This document shows positions 10,288 through 19,282 of a stretch of DNA of 64,000 nucleotides, piece by piece. Source of the stretch: a virus; the IMG/VR virus record IMGVR_UViG_3300024327_000544; one strand, 5' to 3'. The notes under the pieces were generated by a model. The model was not told the origin of the DNA. It did not search any database and saw only the letters and a program-made list of their open reading frames with translations. Position numbers and translations under genes: made by a program. Numbering within the stretch: the first letter of the stretch is position 1; the number at the start of each line of letters is the position of its first letter.

Positions 10288-10778
10288 AAATTATATTTCC
10301 AAATATTTTGTTTCACATTATTAAACATTTTGACATCCACTAAATCTACGATACCTTTTTGGGATAACTTTTTCATAATGTTTGAAAATTTATAACTCTT
10401 AACACCATTTTTAGAATCTACATTATTTGTTAAATAATATGGTCCGACTCCACCTGTAATTTCCTTTTGGATGTTTATATGGCTCCATTGATATGAACTT
10501 TGTATAATATCTCTCGATACTTTTTTTACATGTCCAGGAAGAGTAACACCTCTGAATAATAAACGATATCCTTTTAACTCTTCTTCCCATTTAACACCAC
10601 TCATAGAAATTAAAGATGAATCTATAAAGGTTCCCACCCACTTGGCTTCATTATATTTGATACTTTTTAAACTCACATTATTTTTATATCTTAAATATGA
10701 GCATTCAACTAAAAATTCTAATATTATCAATAAATCATCGTCATTTAATGATCTATTACTGCATTGCATAACCCACAC
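10284..10778 (-). CDS. Possible GNAT-fold acyltransferase
   Basis: Size and beta-strand pattern (WVGTFID..LISMSG..YRLLFRG) resemble GNAT folds. No strong motif. Confidence 0.4.
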   Translation of the reverse strand: MWVMQCSNRSLNDDDLLIILEFLVECSYLRYKNNVSLKSIKYNEAKWVGTFIDSSLISMSGVKWEEELKGYRLLFRGVTLPGHVKKVSRDIIQSSYQWSHINIQKEITGGVGPYYLTNNVDSKNGVKSYKFSNIMKKLSQKGIVDLVDVKMFNNVKQNIWKYNL

Positions 10779-12408
10779 CTAAATTATCTATAGACCTATT
10801 AAAATATTTGTATATGAATTTTTCAAAGTCCTTTAAAACTAAATTAACATGTTCTCGAAAATACCCAATGCAATAATTATGATCAACTACTTGGTCATAA
10901 TCATCATATGTATTATGAATATTATTTTTTAATCGATTATATAATATGCCTGTGGTTGATGTTGGATTATTTTCTAGAAAATCTTGAAATTTAACAAAAA
11001 AATCTTTTATTTTAACATCGGCTTTAAAATATTCATAATATATGTATCTTAATATTGGTTCAAACCAAAAATTCTTAACAATCCATACAAACATCCAGCC
11101 TTTAACAACATCTTCATATGACATAGACTCCATAGAAGTAATAATTTCACATTCTTCCATGTCAACATTAAAGGGAATGGTTTTTGTTTTCATTTTAAAA
11201 CGTTTCTTATAAGATTTATCATTAAGCTCCGCATTCGGTAAAATTAAACAAGGATATACGTTTATTTTTAATTTTTTAATTGGCATCATTCCGGATAGCT
11301 CTTTAACCCATCCATCATACGTAGTACCTGGTAGGGGATATATTAATTCAATCTCTATATCTTTAGAATTCATCTTATCCGCATTAACAATGCTCATATT
11401 TTTTCTTTTAATATTAGATAAAACTTCTGGATTGGTAGATTGTAAAGCTACTCTAGGAACAGTATTATTATTCTTAACGCCCTCTAATAATCGTTGTTGT
11501 ATTTGTAATGAAGAATTTTTATTTGCCGGTGTTTTTGCATAACCTGAGTGTGCTATTTTTTTAGGATAACCTGTAGTTTCATGATACCCTACTGCCTTAT
11601 CTATTATATTATAATCTCTTTCTTTAAATATACCCAAATTACTATTTGTGAACCAAAGATAATTTATTTTATTGCGACTAATCCATTCAAATTCTTTAAA
11701 TAGTCTACATTCATCAAATTTTATCATCTTTTGTTGAGTTAAACTACCCCAATCACAAAAGGTACATTTAAATGGACAACCTCTATCCATCTCAACGGTA
11801 GCGTGAAAATTAACTGAAGGATTTTTTAATATAAGATTATTAAAAAGCCCCGACAAATATGGACTAGGGATTGTATTAATATCTTTAATTCTAATAGCTT
11901 GTTTCGTTTTAAAAACTTCATTATTTTTTCTAAAAATAATTCCTGGTATCTCAGAAAAATCTTTTTTATTAAAATATTCTAATAAAATTTGTTCAAAGAT
12001 TTTTTCTCCCTCTCCCACAGCACCAATATCCACATAGTCATGCGAATCATACCATTTATCATCATTAGAATTAGGAACATGTGGTCCTCCACAAATAATC
12101 AAACAATCCGGATACTTTTTTTTTAATTTTTTTAATATATAAAGGTGTTTATTAGAATTCCACATATAATTACTAGTAGCAACTATATCTGGTTGTTCTA
12201 TGTTATCAATATAATGATCTAAATCATCTATATTAAACACTAAATCCTTTAATATAAAATTATCGGATATTATTTTATTTTGTAAACAATAAGACCAAAG
12301 AAGACCGACAGAATATGGTAAAAATACCGATTTATTACTCGACATTTCAACTCCAACGGAAGAGTCAGATAAAGGAGATGTTAATTGTAATAAGTAAACG
12401 TTCTTCAT
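10756..12408 (-). CDS. Cobalamin-binding radical SAM protein, second copy
   Basis: FLPYSVGLLW, DIVATSNYMWN, ICGGPH and MDRGCPFKCTFCDWG. Paralog of 6244..8067. Confidence 0.9.
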   Translation of the reverse strand: MKNVYLLQLTSPLSDSSVGVEMSSNKSVFLPYSVGLLWSYCLQNKIISDNFILKDLVFNIDDLDHYIDNIEQPDIVATSNYMWNSNKHLYILKKLKKKYPDCLIICGGPHVPNSNDDKWYDSHDYVDIGAVGEGEKIFEQILLEYFNKKDFSEIPGIIFRKNNEVFKTKQAIRIKDINTIPSPYLSGLFNNLILKNPSVNFHATVEMDRGCPFKCTFCDWGSLTQQKMIKFDECRLFKEFEWISRNKINYLWFTNSNLGIFKERDYNIIDKAVGYHETTGYPKKIAHSGYAKTPANKNSSLQIQQRLLEGVKNNNTVPRVALQSTNPEVLSNIKRKNMSIVNADKMNSKDIEIELIYPLPGTTYDGWVKELSGMMPIKKLKINVYPCLILPNAELNDKSYKKRFKMKTKTIPFNVDMEECEIITSMESMSYEDVVKGWMFVWIVKNFWFEPILRYIYYEYFKADVKIKDFFVKFQDFLENNPTSTTGILYNRLKNNIHNTYDDYDQVVDHNYCIGYFREHVNLVLKDFEKFIYKYFNRSIDNLGVGYAMQ

Positions 12409-13412
12409 AAGCTGGCATCATTTAAAAACTTATAAGAATAGTTTTCCCTAAAAAAATTAATATTATATTTTGGTTTATTCAATGTATGATATTTTTTTAA
12501 AGATCTCCAATATTCAGTATGATCATTTTTAGAAGAAGTGTAAAATAATTCCAAAAAATCATATACATGCTGACACAATCTAACATATGAACGATTAAAT
12601 ATTTCCTCTTTATTTTTTTTATATTTTAATTTTTCAATAGTTTCTATCGCCCATGTTATTAGAAAAAGTCCTGTAGCTTCAAGAGGTTCTGCAAATCCAC
12701 AACTTAATCCCACAGACACGGTATTCCCCAACCACGGGGTTAAACAATACCTATTATTAAAGGGAATAGCTTGAATGTCTTCGGCTTTAACATTGCCTAC
12801 ATTTTTATTTTTAAATTCTTCAATGGCATCATTTACACTTATAAAATTATTATTAAAAACATACCCATTACCACTCCTTGATCTTAAATCTACATTCCAC
12901 ATCCACCCATAATCCATAGCGAAAGTATTTGTTATAGATTGACAATTAGAATCACCGGGCGCGAAGAGTGCCATATTATTAGACAGAGTTTTATAAGAAC
13001 CAAATTGTTTATTTTTAGAAAAATCACTATTGAAGCCGGTGCAATCTATTACTAAATCAGGATTATCTACTTTACATAATCTGGAGCGCGTTTTTTCTTC
13101 TAGAAGAATAATCATTTTTAACGCATCTAAATGATAAGCATGAGTATTATTGGGAAACGGGTGTACCCAATCAGTTTTATGCCAACCATGATGTTTAATA
13201 CCATATTTAATTACACCGTCACACTTATTAATTACATCATCTTCAGATATTCCACAATAATCAAAAAATTTAACTAGTCCAGGTAATGTACTTTCTCCAA
13301 CACCTATAGGTTTGGAATTTTTAGGAAGCTTTATTTCAACTTTATTAGTTCGGGATAAATATGCGGCTGCTAACCAACCAGCACTTCCTCCACCTAAAAT
13401 TAATATGTTCAT
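12405..13412 (-). CDS. Flavin-dependent (tryptophan-halogenase-like) halogenase, compact
   Basis: GGGSAGW, IGVGESTLP, catalytic K in VIKYGI, GWMWNVDL and GFAEPLEATG. Confidence 0.85.
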   Translation of the reverse strand: MNILILGGGSAGWLAAAYLSRTNKVEIKLPKNSKPIGVGESTLPGLVKFFDYCGISEDDVINKCDGVIKYGIKHHGWHKTDWVHPFPNNTHAYHLDALKMIILLEEKTRSRLCKVDNPDLVIDCTGFNSDFSKNKQFGSYKTLSNNMALFAPGDSNCQSITNTFAMDYGWMWNVDLRSRSGNGYVFNNNFISVNDAIEEFKNKNVGNVKAEDIQAIPFNNRYCLTPWLGNTVSVGLSCGFAEPLEATGLFLITWAIETIEKLKYKKNKEEIFNRSYVRLCQHVYDFLELFYTSSKNDHTEYWRSLKKYHTLNKPKYNINFFRENYSYKFLNDASL

Positions 13413-13942
13413 AGTTGATTAAACAAATATAATGTTTCTTTAAATGGAATATATACAGGATGTCCATTTCGTGTTTCTATATCTAAAAATTGATATCGGG
13501 ACATATTATCAAAAAAACCAATATTCGGATGTAGCATATGTTTCATTCGGTGCAGAGGAAGATCATTACTTTGTTGTGCCCATGGTTCATTTGAATTAGA
13601 TATTCCTTTTGATATTAAAAGTGTACGATTTAATCTATAAGTATAATCTAATGATTCTTTTTCCATGTCATCTAAAACCAAATTCATATCATAGCTAACT
13701 AAATCTCTCCAATGAACATGTTCATTTAACATAAACAGCGCTACTTGTTCAGGTATAGAGAGCGGAAAATCAACTCTTGAAGTTAAATCATATTCACTCA
13801 TATAGTCTACTAATGTTTCTCCATTAGGTGCAGGGCAAACTTCTCTATCAGGATTATTATGCATACTACATGTCCATGTCTGTAATGTAATAGCAAATTC
13901 TTCCATGGATTTTTTCATTACTTTCCGCCGTGCTTCTTCCAA
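13409..13942 (-). CDS. Hypothetical protein
   Basis: 177-aa ORF overlapping its neighbours in the operon. No motif recognised. Confidence 0.6.
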   Translation of the reverse strand: MEEARRKVMKKSMEEFAITLQTWTCSMHNNPDREVCPAPNGETLVDYMSEYDLTSRVDFPLSIPEQVALFMLNEHVHWRDLVSYDMNLVLDDMEKESLDYTYRLNRTLLISKGISNSNEPWAQQSNDLPLHRMKHMLHPNIGFFDNMSRYQFLDIETRNGHPVYIPFKETLYLFNQL

Positions 13943-14112
13943 TTTTCAGGATACTTTTCTCGTAACATCGCATCTATAGAATCTTCAAATTCTTTGCTAT
14001 TTTTGCCTGGTTTATAAGTGCAGGGGAATTTTAAATCTTCTTTCCCAAAGTTTTCTTTCCAATAGTTGACTATCTTGTTTATTATCATATTCTTTTTCTT
14101 TCTGTTAAGCAT
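13918..14112 (-). CDS. Small hypothetical protein
   Basis: ORF tiled between operon genes. The likely start is the internal MIINK. Confidence 0.5.
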   Translation of the reverse strand: MLNRKKKNMIINKIVNYWKENFGKEDLKFPCTYKPGKNSKEFEDSIDAMLREKYPENWKKHGGK

Positions 14113-15344
14113 TCATAGCCTACCATCATTGAAGCTATATTATAATGATTTAATAATGTATCATTTTTCTTACAATATCGTTTATTCTTTAATGAGCGTT
14201 CGAAAAAATCTTGTATATCACTTTTCTGTTCTGTCCAATACTCCCACCATTCTGAATCTTTTCTTTCACTTAATATATAATGATATTTTACAAATTCTTT
14301 AGTGTGCTTTAAAAATTTATCCATAATTTTATTAAGAGTTTCTATTCTTTTACCTCTCTTAATAATTTCAACGAATTTTTCAACTGTATAACAAGTCATC
14401 ATTAATGATGTTGCTTCCAACGGTTCAATAAAGCTTTGTGCTAAGCCATTACTAATACAATTTTTAATTGCAATATCTTTCATTTTACCAGATACAAAAC
14501 TTTTCTTTTCTCCTTCTATACCTGATTCCTCCATTGCCTTTTCATGACTTGTTAAATGATCACAATAAACATAACCGGCGTTCGTTCTATCTTGAGTATC
14601 TATCTCCCATCGCCAGCCATTTTTTAATGCAGTTGTTACTGTATAAGGTCTTTTTTTATGTTTATCTAGTCTACCAACAATATACGAATTGGCTATCATA
14701 TCTTCATAAGGTTCAAAAGATGATAACCTATTAATCAATATTCTTTCAAATCCGGAACAATCTATAAAATAGTCTGCATGTAGTATATGGTTTTCTGTTC
14801 CGATAGAACGTATTCCATTTTTATCTGAAAGAACAGTAGTAACATCTTCTTCAATTAACCTATATTCACCTTCCAATTCATTTTTACAAGCAAGCCCCAA
14901 TTTATCTGCCTGTACTTGAAATCCATATCCTGGAATTGAATTATTTTTAGTATCCATTATATTATTTTTACATCTAACTAAAAAATCGCCATGATAATAA
15001 TTAAATGTAGTAGTATCAATTTTAGGATGTTCGTTTTTCAAAAATTCAATAGAGTCAACACCATCTTTTATAAAAGCATCTTCAAATAAATGATACCATT
15101 CACTATTAGGTCTTAACCAGTCGTTAAATTTTATTCCATACTTGATAAGGGCTTTACTATCTTCTTGCCATGACTTAACATCTTCTATAACTTTTAAAAT
15201 AGTAGGTGTTGTTGATTCTCCTACACCTATAATTTCATTTTCTTTTTTATGGACAACTGTTAATTCACAATCTAAATTTCTTTTTAGATAATGAGATGTA
15301 ATCCATCCTGCGGCGCCTCCACCAACTACTACGAATCTAACCAT
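14085..15344 (-). CDS. Flavin-dependent (tryptophan-halogenase-like) halogenase, second copy
   Basis: GGGAAGW, IGVGESTTP, LIKYGIKF..W, FIDCSGF, GWRWEID and FIEPLEATS. Confidence 0.88.
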   Translation of the reverse strand: MVRFVVVGGGAAGWITSHYLKRNLDCELTVVHKKENEIIGVGESTTPTILKVIEDVKSWQEDSKALIKYGIKFNDWLRPNSEWYHLFEDAFIKDGVDSIEFLKNEHPKIDTTTFNYYHGDFLVRCKNNIMDTKNNSIPGYGFQVQADKLGLACKNELEGEYRLIEEDVTTVLSDKNGIRSIGTENHILHADYFIDCSGFERILINRLSSFEPYEDMIANSYIVGRLDKHKKRPYTVTTALKNGWRWEIDTQDRTNAGYVYCDHLTSHEKAMEESGIEGEKKSFVSGKMKDIAIKNCISNGLAQSFIEPLEATSLMMTCYTVEKFVEIIKRGKRIETLNKIMDKFLKHTKEFVKYHYILSERKDSEWWEYWTEQKSDIQDFFERSLKNKRYCKKNDTLLNHYNIASMMVGYECLTERKRI

Positions 15345-16486
15345 GATACTAAATGAGGATGTAAATAATTTTTATAACTTTGGGATCTAGACATATCGAA
15401 TAATTCTATTTCTTTTTTAACCGATTCTTTCCTTTCAACGTTTCGTATTTTATAAGATTGAATTATTTGCTGATGTTTTCTAGAATCTATGTAAGGCAAC
15501 TCATTTAATAAAGCTCTGCTCAAATTCTTAGGGCTGATGCCCCTATTATCAGGATATACTTCACAATATGAAACAAAAACTTTTTTAGGTAAGGTACAAC
15601 ACCATGACCAATGATTATGAAGGTCTAAGATATTTAAAGCAGAAATAACAACAGCAATATTAATTCTGCCCAAATTAGTAGAATTATTTAAAAATAAACG
15701 AACGGTTTTATCTAAATCATCAAAATTGGAAGGATGACGTATATAGTCATATCCTTCTTCTATTGAATCTATACTAATTTTTGGAAACTGTTTTTTGAAT
15801 TGATTTAACTTGCCAATTAATTCATCATTAAATAGGGTACCATTAGTATGATACGCTAAGATGGTATCTTTTGCCCAACCTTCTTTAATATATTTATCCA
15901 ATAAATCTATTATTAATGAATCAAAAAATGGTTCGCCACCACTAAATCTTAATTCCTTTACTGGATTATTTAAAAGCCATTTATATTGAATCGAATTTTT
16001 TACATTTGGTATATTTAATTCTTCTCTAAATTTACCAGCTGTTATATTTTCAATATCTTTAATTAACCCTTGGGATTTGAAAAACTTCCAATCTACCATT
16101 AACCTATGACTTGTTTGTGGATCACACATTCTACAAGCTAAATTACATTTATTAGATAAGGTAAAATCAATTGAATCTAATTGTCCTTTAGGAATTATAT
16201 CATCATTATGAATATAAAAAGGTTCAATATTCCTCTCTTCCATATTCCAACAAGTTTTACAAAAATCATTCTTGCGATTATTATCAAAATCATCTCGCAA
16301 CAACTTAAATTGTTCTGATTCAAATATTTCAGGGGGGGTTAATTTATCTATGTCATGCATTCCCATTGGATCTTCCCATTCCGGGCGAGACATATTACAG
16401 CAAGGATGGGACCACTTTAATTTATCGCCGTCCCAATCTTTTAAGGCAACTTGCTTGTAAGGGTAACTACATAACATTCCAGCCAA
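15329..16486 (-). CDS. Radical SAM protein with N-terminal SPASM/twitch-like region
   Basis: CSYPY..HPCC..CKTCW, then CNLACRMC, FSGGEP, HTNGT and ISIDS. Confidence 0.88.
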   Translation of the reverse strand: MAGMLCSYPYKQVALKDWDGDKLKWSHPCCNMSRPEWEDPMGMHDIDKLTPPEIFESEQFKLLRDDFDNNRKNDFCKTCWNMEERNIEPFYIHNDDIIPKGQLDSIDFTLSNKCNLACRMCDPQTSHRLMVDWKFFKSQGLIKDIENITAGKFREELNIPNVKNSIQYKWLLNNPVKELRFSGGEPFFDSLIIDLLDKYIKEGWAKDTILAYHTNGTLFNDELIGKLNQFKKQFPKISIDSIEEGYDYIRHPSNFDDLDKTVRLFLNNSTNLGRINIAVVISALNILDLHNHWSWCCTLPKKVFVSYCEVYPDNRGISPKNLSRALLNELPYIDSRKHQQIIQSYKIRNVERKESVKKEIELFDMSRSQSYKNYLHPHLVSWLDS

Positions 16487-17267
16487 GTGCTTTTAATGGA
16501 GCAGAATCAGCACAAGTTTCTTCTGACTCACCGGTTACATTTTTAAACGGTAATGCATCAATATCAAATTCTTCTGGTCCTTGTGCTTTTGCAAAATCAT
16601 ATACAGACATTGGGCTTCCATACCCAATCTCATAAACTGGTAGTTTCTTTTTCCAAACTTTAAAATTTTCCATTAATAATTTAATAGCATTACAAACATC
16701 ATCTACATGACACCAATCTCTAGTATGTGTTGTTAGATATCCTATTTCTTTTTGTTGGAGTTGTCTATAAAACATATCAGGACGTGAGCGCTCACCCCAT
16801 ACTGTAAAGAATCTCATTCCTATAGCATTATTAGGAGCCATGGCTTCACCGGCAGCTTTTGTCATTGCATAAGGGCTTTTCATATCTTTAACGGAAGAAC
16901 TTGATGCATATAATATTTTAGAATTTTTATAATGATTAAAGATACGTGCTGTACCTTTTATATTCGTATCACAATAATCTTTTAAATATTTTTCTTGCCA
17001 ACTTTTACGAACACCAGCTTTTGCAGCTAGATGAATAACATATTCTGCATTTGAAAATGGTAAGGGATCTTTAGTAATATCGCAATGAGAATGAGGGACT
17101 TCCCTGTCTTCCCAGCCTAACCCGGAACAGTCGTCTATACCTTTAACATTGTAGCCTTCGTCCATTAATGAGTCATATAAATGATGACCAATGAATCCTT
17201 TAACGCCCGTTATCAGGACTTGGTTTTTCACTTCCATTCCTTCAATGTCGTTTCCAAGAGTTTCCAA
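16467..17267 (-). CDS. NAD-dependent epimerase/dehydratase
   Basis: ITGVKGFIG, HLAAKAGVR, YASSSS, YAMTK and RFFTVWG. Confidence 0.9.
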   Translation of the reverse strand: METLGNDIEGMEVKNQVLITGVKGFIGHHLYDSLMDEGYNVKGIDDCSGLGWEDREVPHSHCDITKDPLPFSNAEYVIHLAAKAGVRKSWQEKYLKDYCDTNIKGTARIFNHYKNSKILYASSSSVKDMKSPYAMTKAAGEAMAPNNAIGMRFFTVWGERSRPDMFYRQLQQKEIGYLTTHTRDWCHVDDVCNAIKLLMENFKVWKKKLPVYEIGYGSPMSVYDFAKAQGPEEFDIDALPFKNVTGESEETCADSAPLKALGWNVM

Positions 17268-17872
17268 TAATCCGGAGTCTTTTCTTCGAAAACTTGTGGC
17301 TCCTCATTCTCAACTGCCATAACTATTACAATACTATTTATAGGTATTCCTGTTCTTTCTTCAAACATTATAGAATACGCTGTTGCTTGTAAAAAATAAT
17401 CTTCAACCCATGCTTTCTTTTTTATTTTACCAGAAGTTTTCCAATCCAATATTGCTTTCTCCCCCTTCCAGTCACCAACACAATCACAGCGACCGGCAAT
17501 TCCTAATTGTTTGGACCAGAGAGGTATTTCAATACCAGCAATATTATTAAGATGGGAGTCTATAAAGGGTTTGATAGTATTAAACATAGAACGAACATTA
17601 GGTAAACTTTTTCCAAAGTAATCAGTATCGTTAGCAATATATTTTTCCACTACCGTATGCATGCTCGTGCCTCGACGAGTTGCTTGTGTAGTTATTTTAT
17701 TTGCTTCTTCTTCACCAATTCTTTGCCTCCATTCTTTAAAGAATTGCGCTTTTTTACGGCCCAAGACTGTTGTAATAGAAGGAAAGTTACCATCAGGTGT
17801 TTGATATACCCTTTGGCCGTTTATATTAGTTGTTTCTAATTCTTCAAAATCTAACTCAACATGATTAAACAT
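17228..17872 (-). CDS. PD-(D/E)xK (Cas4-like) exonuclease of T4-like phages
   Basis: PSITTVL, RGTSMH, AGRCDC..ILDWKTS and YFLQATAY. Confidence 0.85.
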   Translation of the reverse strand: MFNHVELDFEELETTNINGQRVYQTPDGNFPSITTVLGRKKAQFFKEWRQRIGEEEANKITTQATRRGTSMHTVVEKYIANDTDYFGKSLPNVRSMFNTIKPFIDSHLNNIAGIEIPLWSKQLGIAGRCDCVGDWKGEKAILDWKTSGKIKKKAWVEDYFLQATAYSIMFEERTGIPINSIVIVMAVENEEPQVFEEKTPDYWKLLETTLKEWK

Positions 17873-18143
17873 TCATATTACTTCCCGGATAATTCCTTTT
17901 CATTTGTTTCAAGTGATCTGTAAAGGCTTCATCTGGTTTCTTCTTATGACCCTTTATAGTCGTGCCTGAAATATTATCATAAACAAATCCGGCTCGTTGA
18001 GCGTTCATTTGTACCGTGTCCTTGTTACATAAGGGACACGGCTCTTTTGCTGGTATATGTCGATCTACTATCTTATGCGACTCCTCAAACTCGTGACCGC
18101 ACTCTTCATTTTTACAAATATAATCATAACTTGGCATAATCAC
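17865..18143 (-). CDS. FmdB-family zinc ribbon protein
   Basis: MPSYDYICKNEECGHEFE..CPLC. Confidence 0.8.
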   Translation of the reverse strand: MIMPSYDYICKNEECGHEFEESHKIVDRHIPAKEPCPLCNKDTVQMNAQRAGFVYDNISGTTIKGHKKKPDEAFTDHLKQMKRNYPGSNMNV

Positions 18144-18772
18144 CTATAAAAAATATGTCTATCAATTTTAACTGTAATTTTTTTGTATTTAGACCACATT
18201 GGATTATCAATATAATCCGCATGGTAATGAGTAGCACCATCTGTTATGTCTCTTAAATGATCTCTTTCGTTGCTTTGATAAAACCATTTTGCTAAGCCTT
18301 GAATATGGGCCCAATTTTTTCCTGGATATGGTATGTCGTGTTTACCATCGCAATACCAGGAAAATTGGCACATATCTCGTTTGGGGTGACCACTTGCGTG
18401 AAGCTGGGCATCATGTACAACTTTACAATAAGAGTTCGGGTAATTTTTATCTAGTACCCTATTAAGTGTAACATGAGCTACTGCTAGTTTCCCGGCAGTG
18501 CTTTCAATTGCAGCCTCAAAATAGATATTATGTGCTAAACAAGATATTTCATCCTGTTGGTTTACAAAATTATTGTATTGTGTAACTTTCCATTGTCGAA
18601 TCGGCTTCAAACTAATGCTTGGGGTTTCCAAGTGCTGTTTTAGTGTTACTGCGGACCTTTCGTTGGTGGTAGACTCAACTATTTTAGCAGCATCCGCTTG
18701 TTGATGCACGATTTTTACTGGATAGGATACTATTGCTAATAAGATAGCAATAGCAGCTATTGTCTTAAACAT
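18140..18772 (-). CDS. SleB-like cell wall hydrolase with N-terminal signal/TM
   Basis: CLAHNIYFEA, AVAHVTLNRV, QFSWYCDGK, GATHYHA and IDRHIFY. Confidence 0.9.
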   Translation of the reverse strand: MFKTIAAIAILLAIVSYPVKIVHQQADAAKIVESTTNERSAVTLKQHLETPSISLKPIRQWKVTQYNNFVNQQDEISCLAHNIYFEAAIESTAGKLAVAHVTLNRVLDKNYPNSYCKVVHDAQLHASGHPKRDMCQFSWYCDGKHDIPYPGKNWAHIQGLAKWFYQSNERDHLRDITDGATHYHADYIDNPMWSKYKKITVKIDRHIFYR

Positions 18773-18823
18773 AAATTGCTCCGAAATGTTAATTCACATT
18801 ACGCATCATATGTTATTATGGTA

Positions 18824-19279
18824 CTACTTGCTTTTTTTAGTTTCCGGCACTGGCGGAATGAGATGAGGAAACGCCTCCGCCACTAACTTATAAGTCAACC
18901 CACGAATACCGAGATCTTTCTTACTCATTTTAATAAGGAACTCAGCTTCAGTTGGTGTCACACTTTCTAACATAGTGATGAACATTGTTTCTCTTTTTAT
19001 AGGATTAATATTATTACCAGCACAAAAGTCAGTTCCGCCTGGGCCCTCCACAAAATATCTCAATTTACGAATCTGTCCGTATAACAATGTCGATTGTGGA
19101 TCTTCTGCTTGGGCTTGATACGGTGGATTACCTTCAGGCAATAAAAATTTTACATCTGGATGGAACGTGTACCACAGTAAGTTCTCCAAATGGTGACTTT
19201 TATTTTGTGTTAGTAATTCTCCCCTCTCTTTCTGACTTTTTGCTTTATCAATCAAATTAAATAATTCTATAAGTGTCAT
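18824..19279 (-). CDS. Conserved T4-like phage hypothetical protein
   Basis: LPEG.PPY and RETMFI.MLE...P.EAE pattern, recalled from marine T4-like phages next to rnh. Confidence 0.6.
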   Translation of the reverse strand: MTLIELFNLIDKAKSQKERGELLTQNKSHHLENLLWYTFHPDVKFLLPEGNPPYQAQAEDPQSTLLYGQIRKLRYFVEGPGGTDFCAGNNINPIKRETMFITMLESVTPTEAEFLIKMSKKDLGIRGLTYKLVAEAFPHLIPPVPETKKSK

Positions 19280-19282
19280 AAT

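Noticed and set aside
17228-17872. Cas4-like nuclease as a sign of a CRISPR system
   Set aside because: Stand-alone Cas4-like exonucleases are routine in T4-like phages, and there are no cas1/cas2 genes or array.
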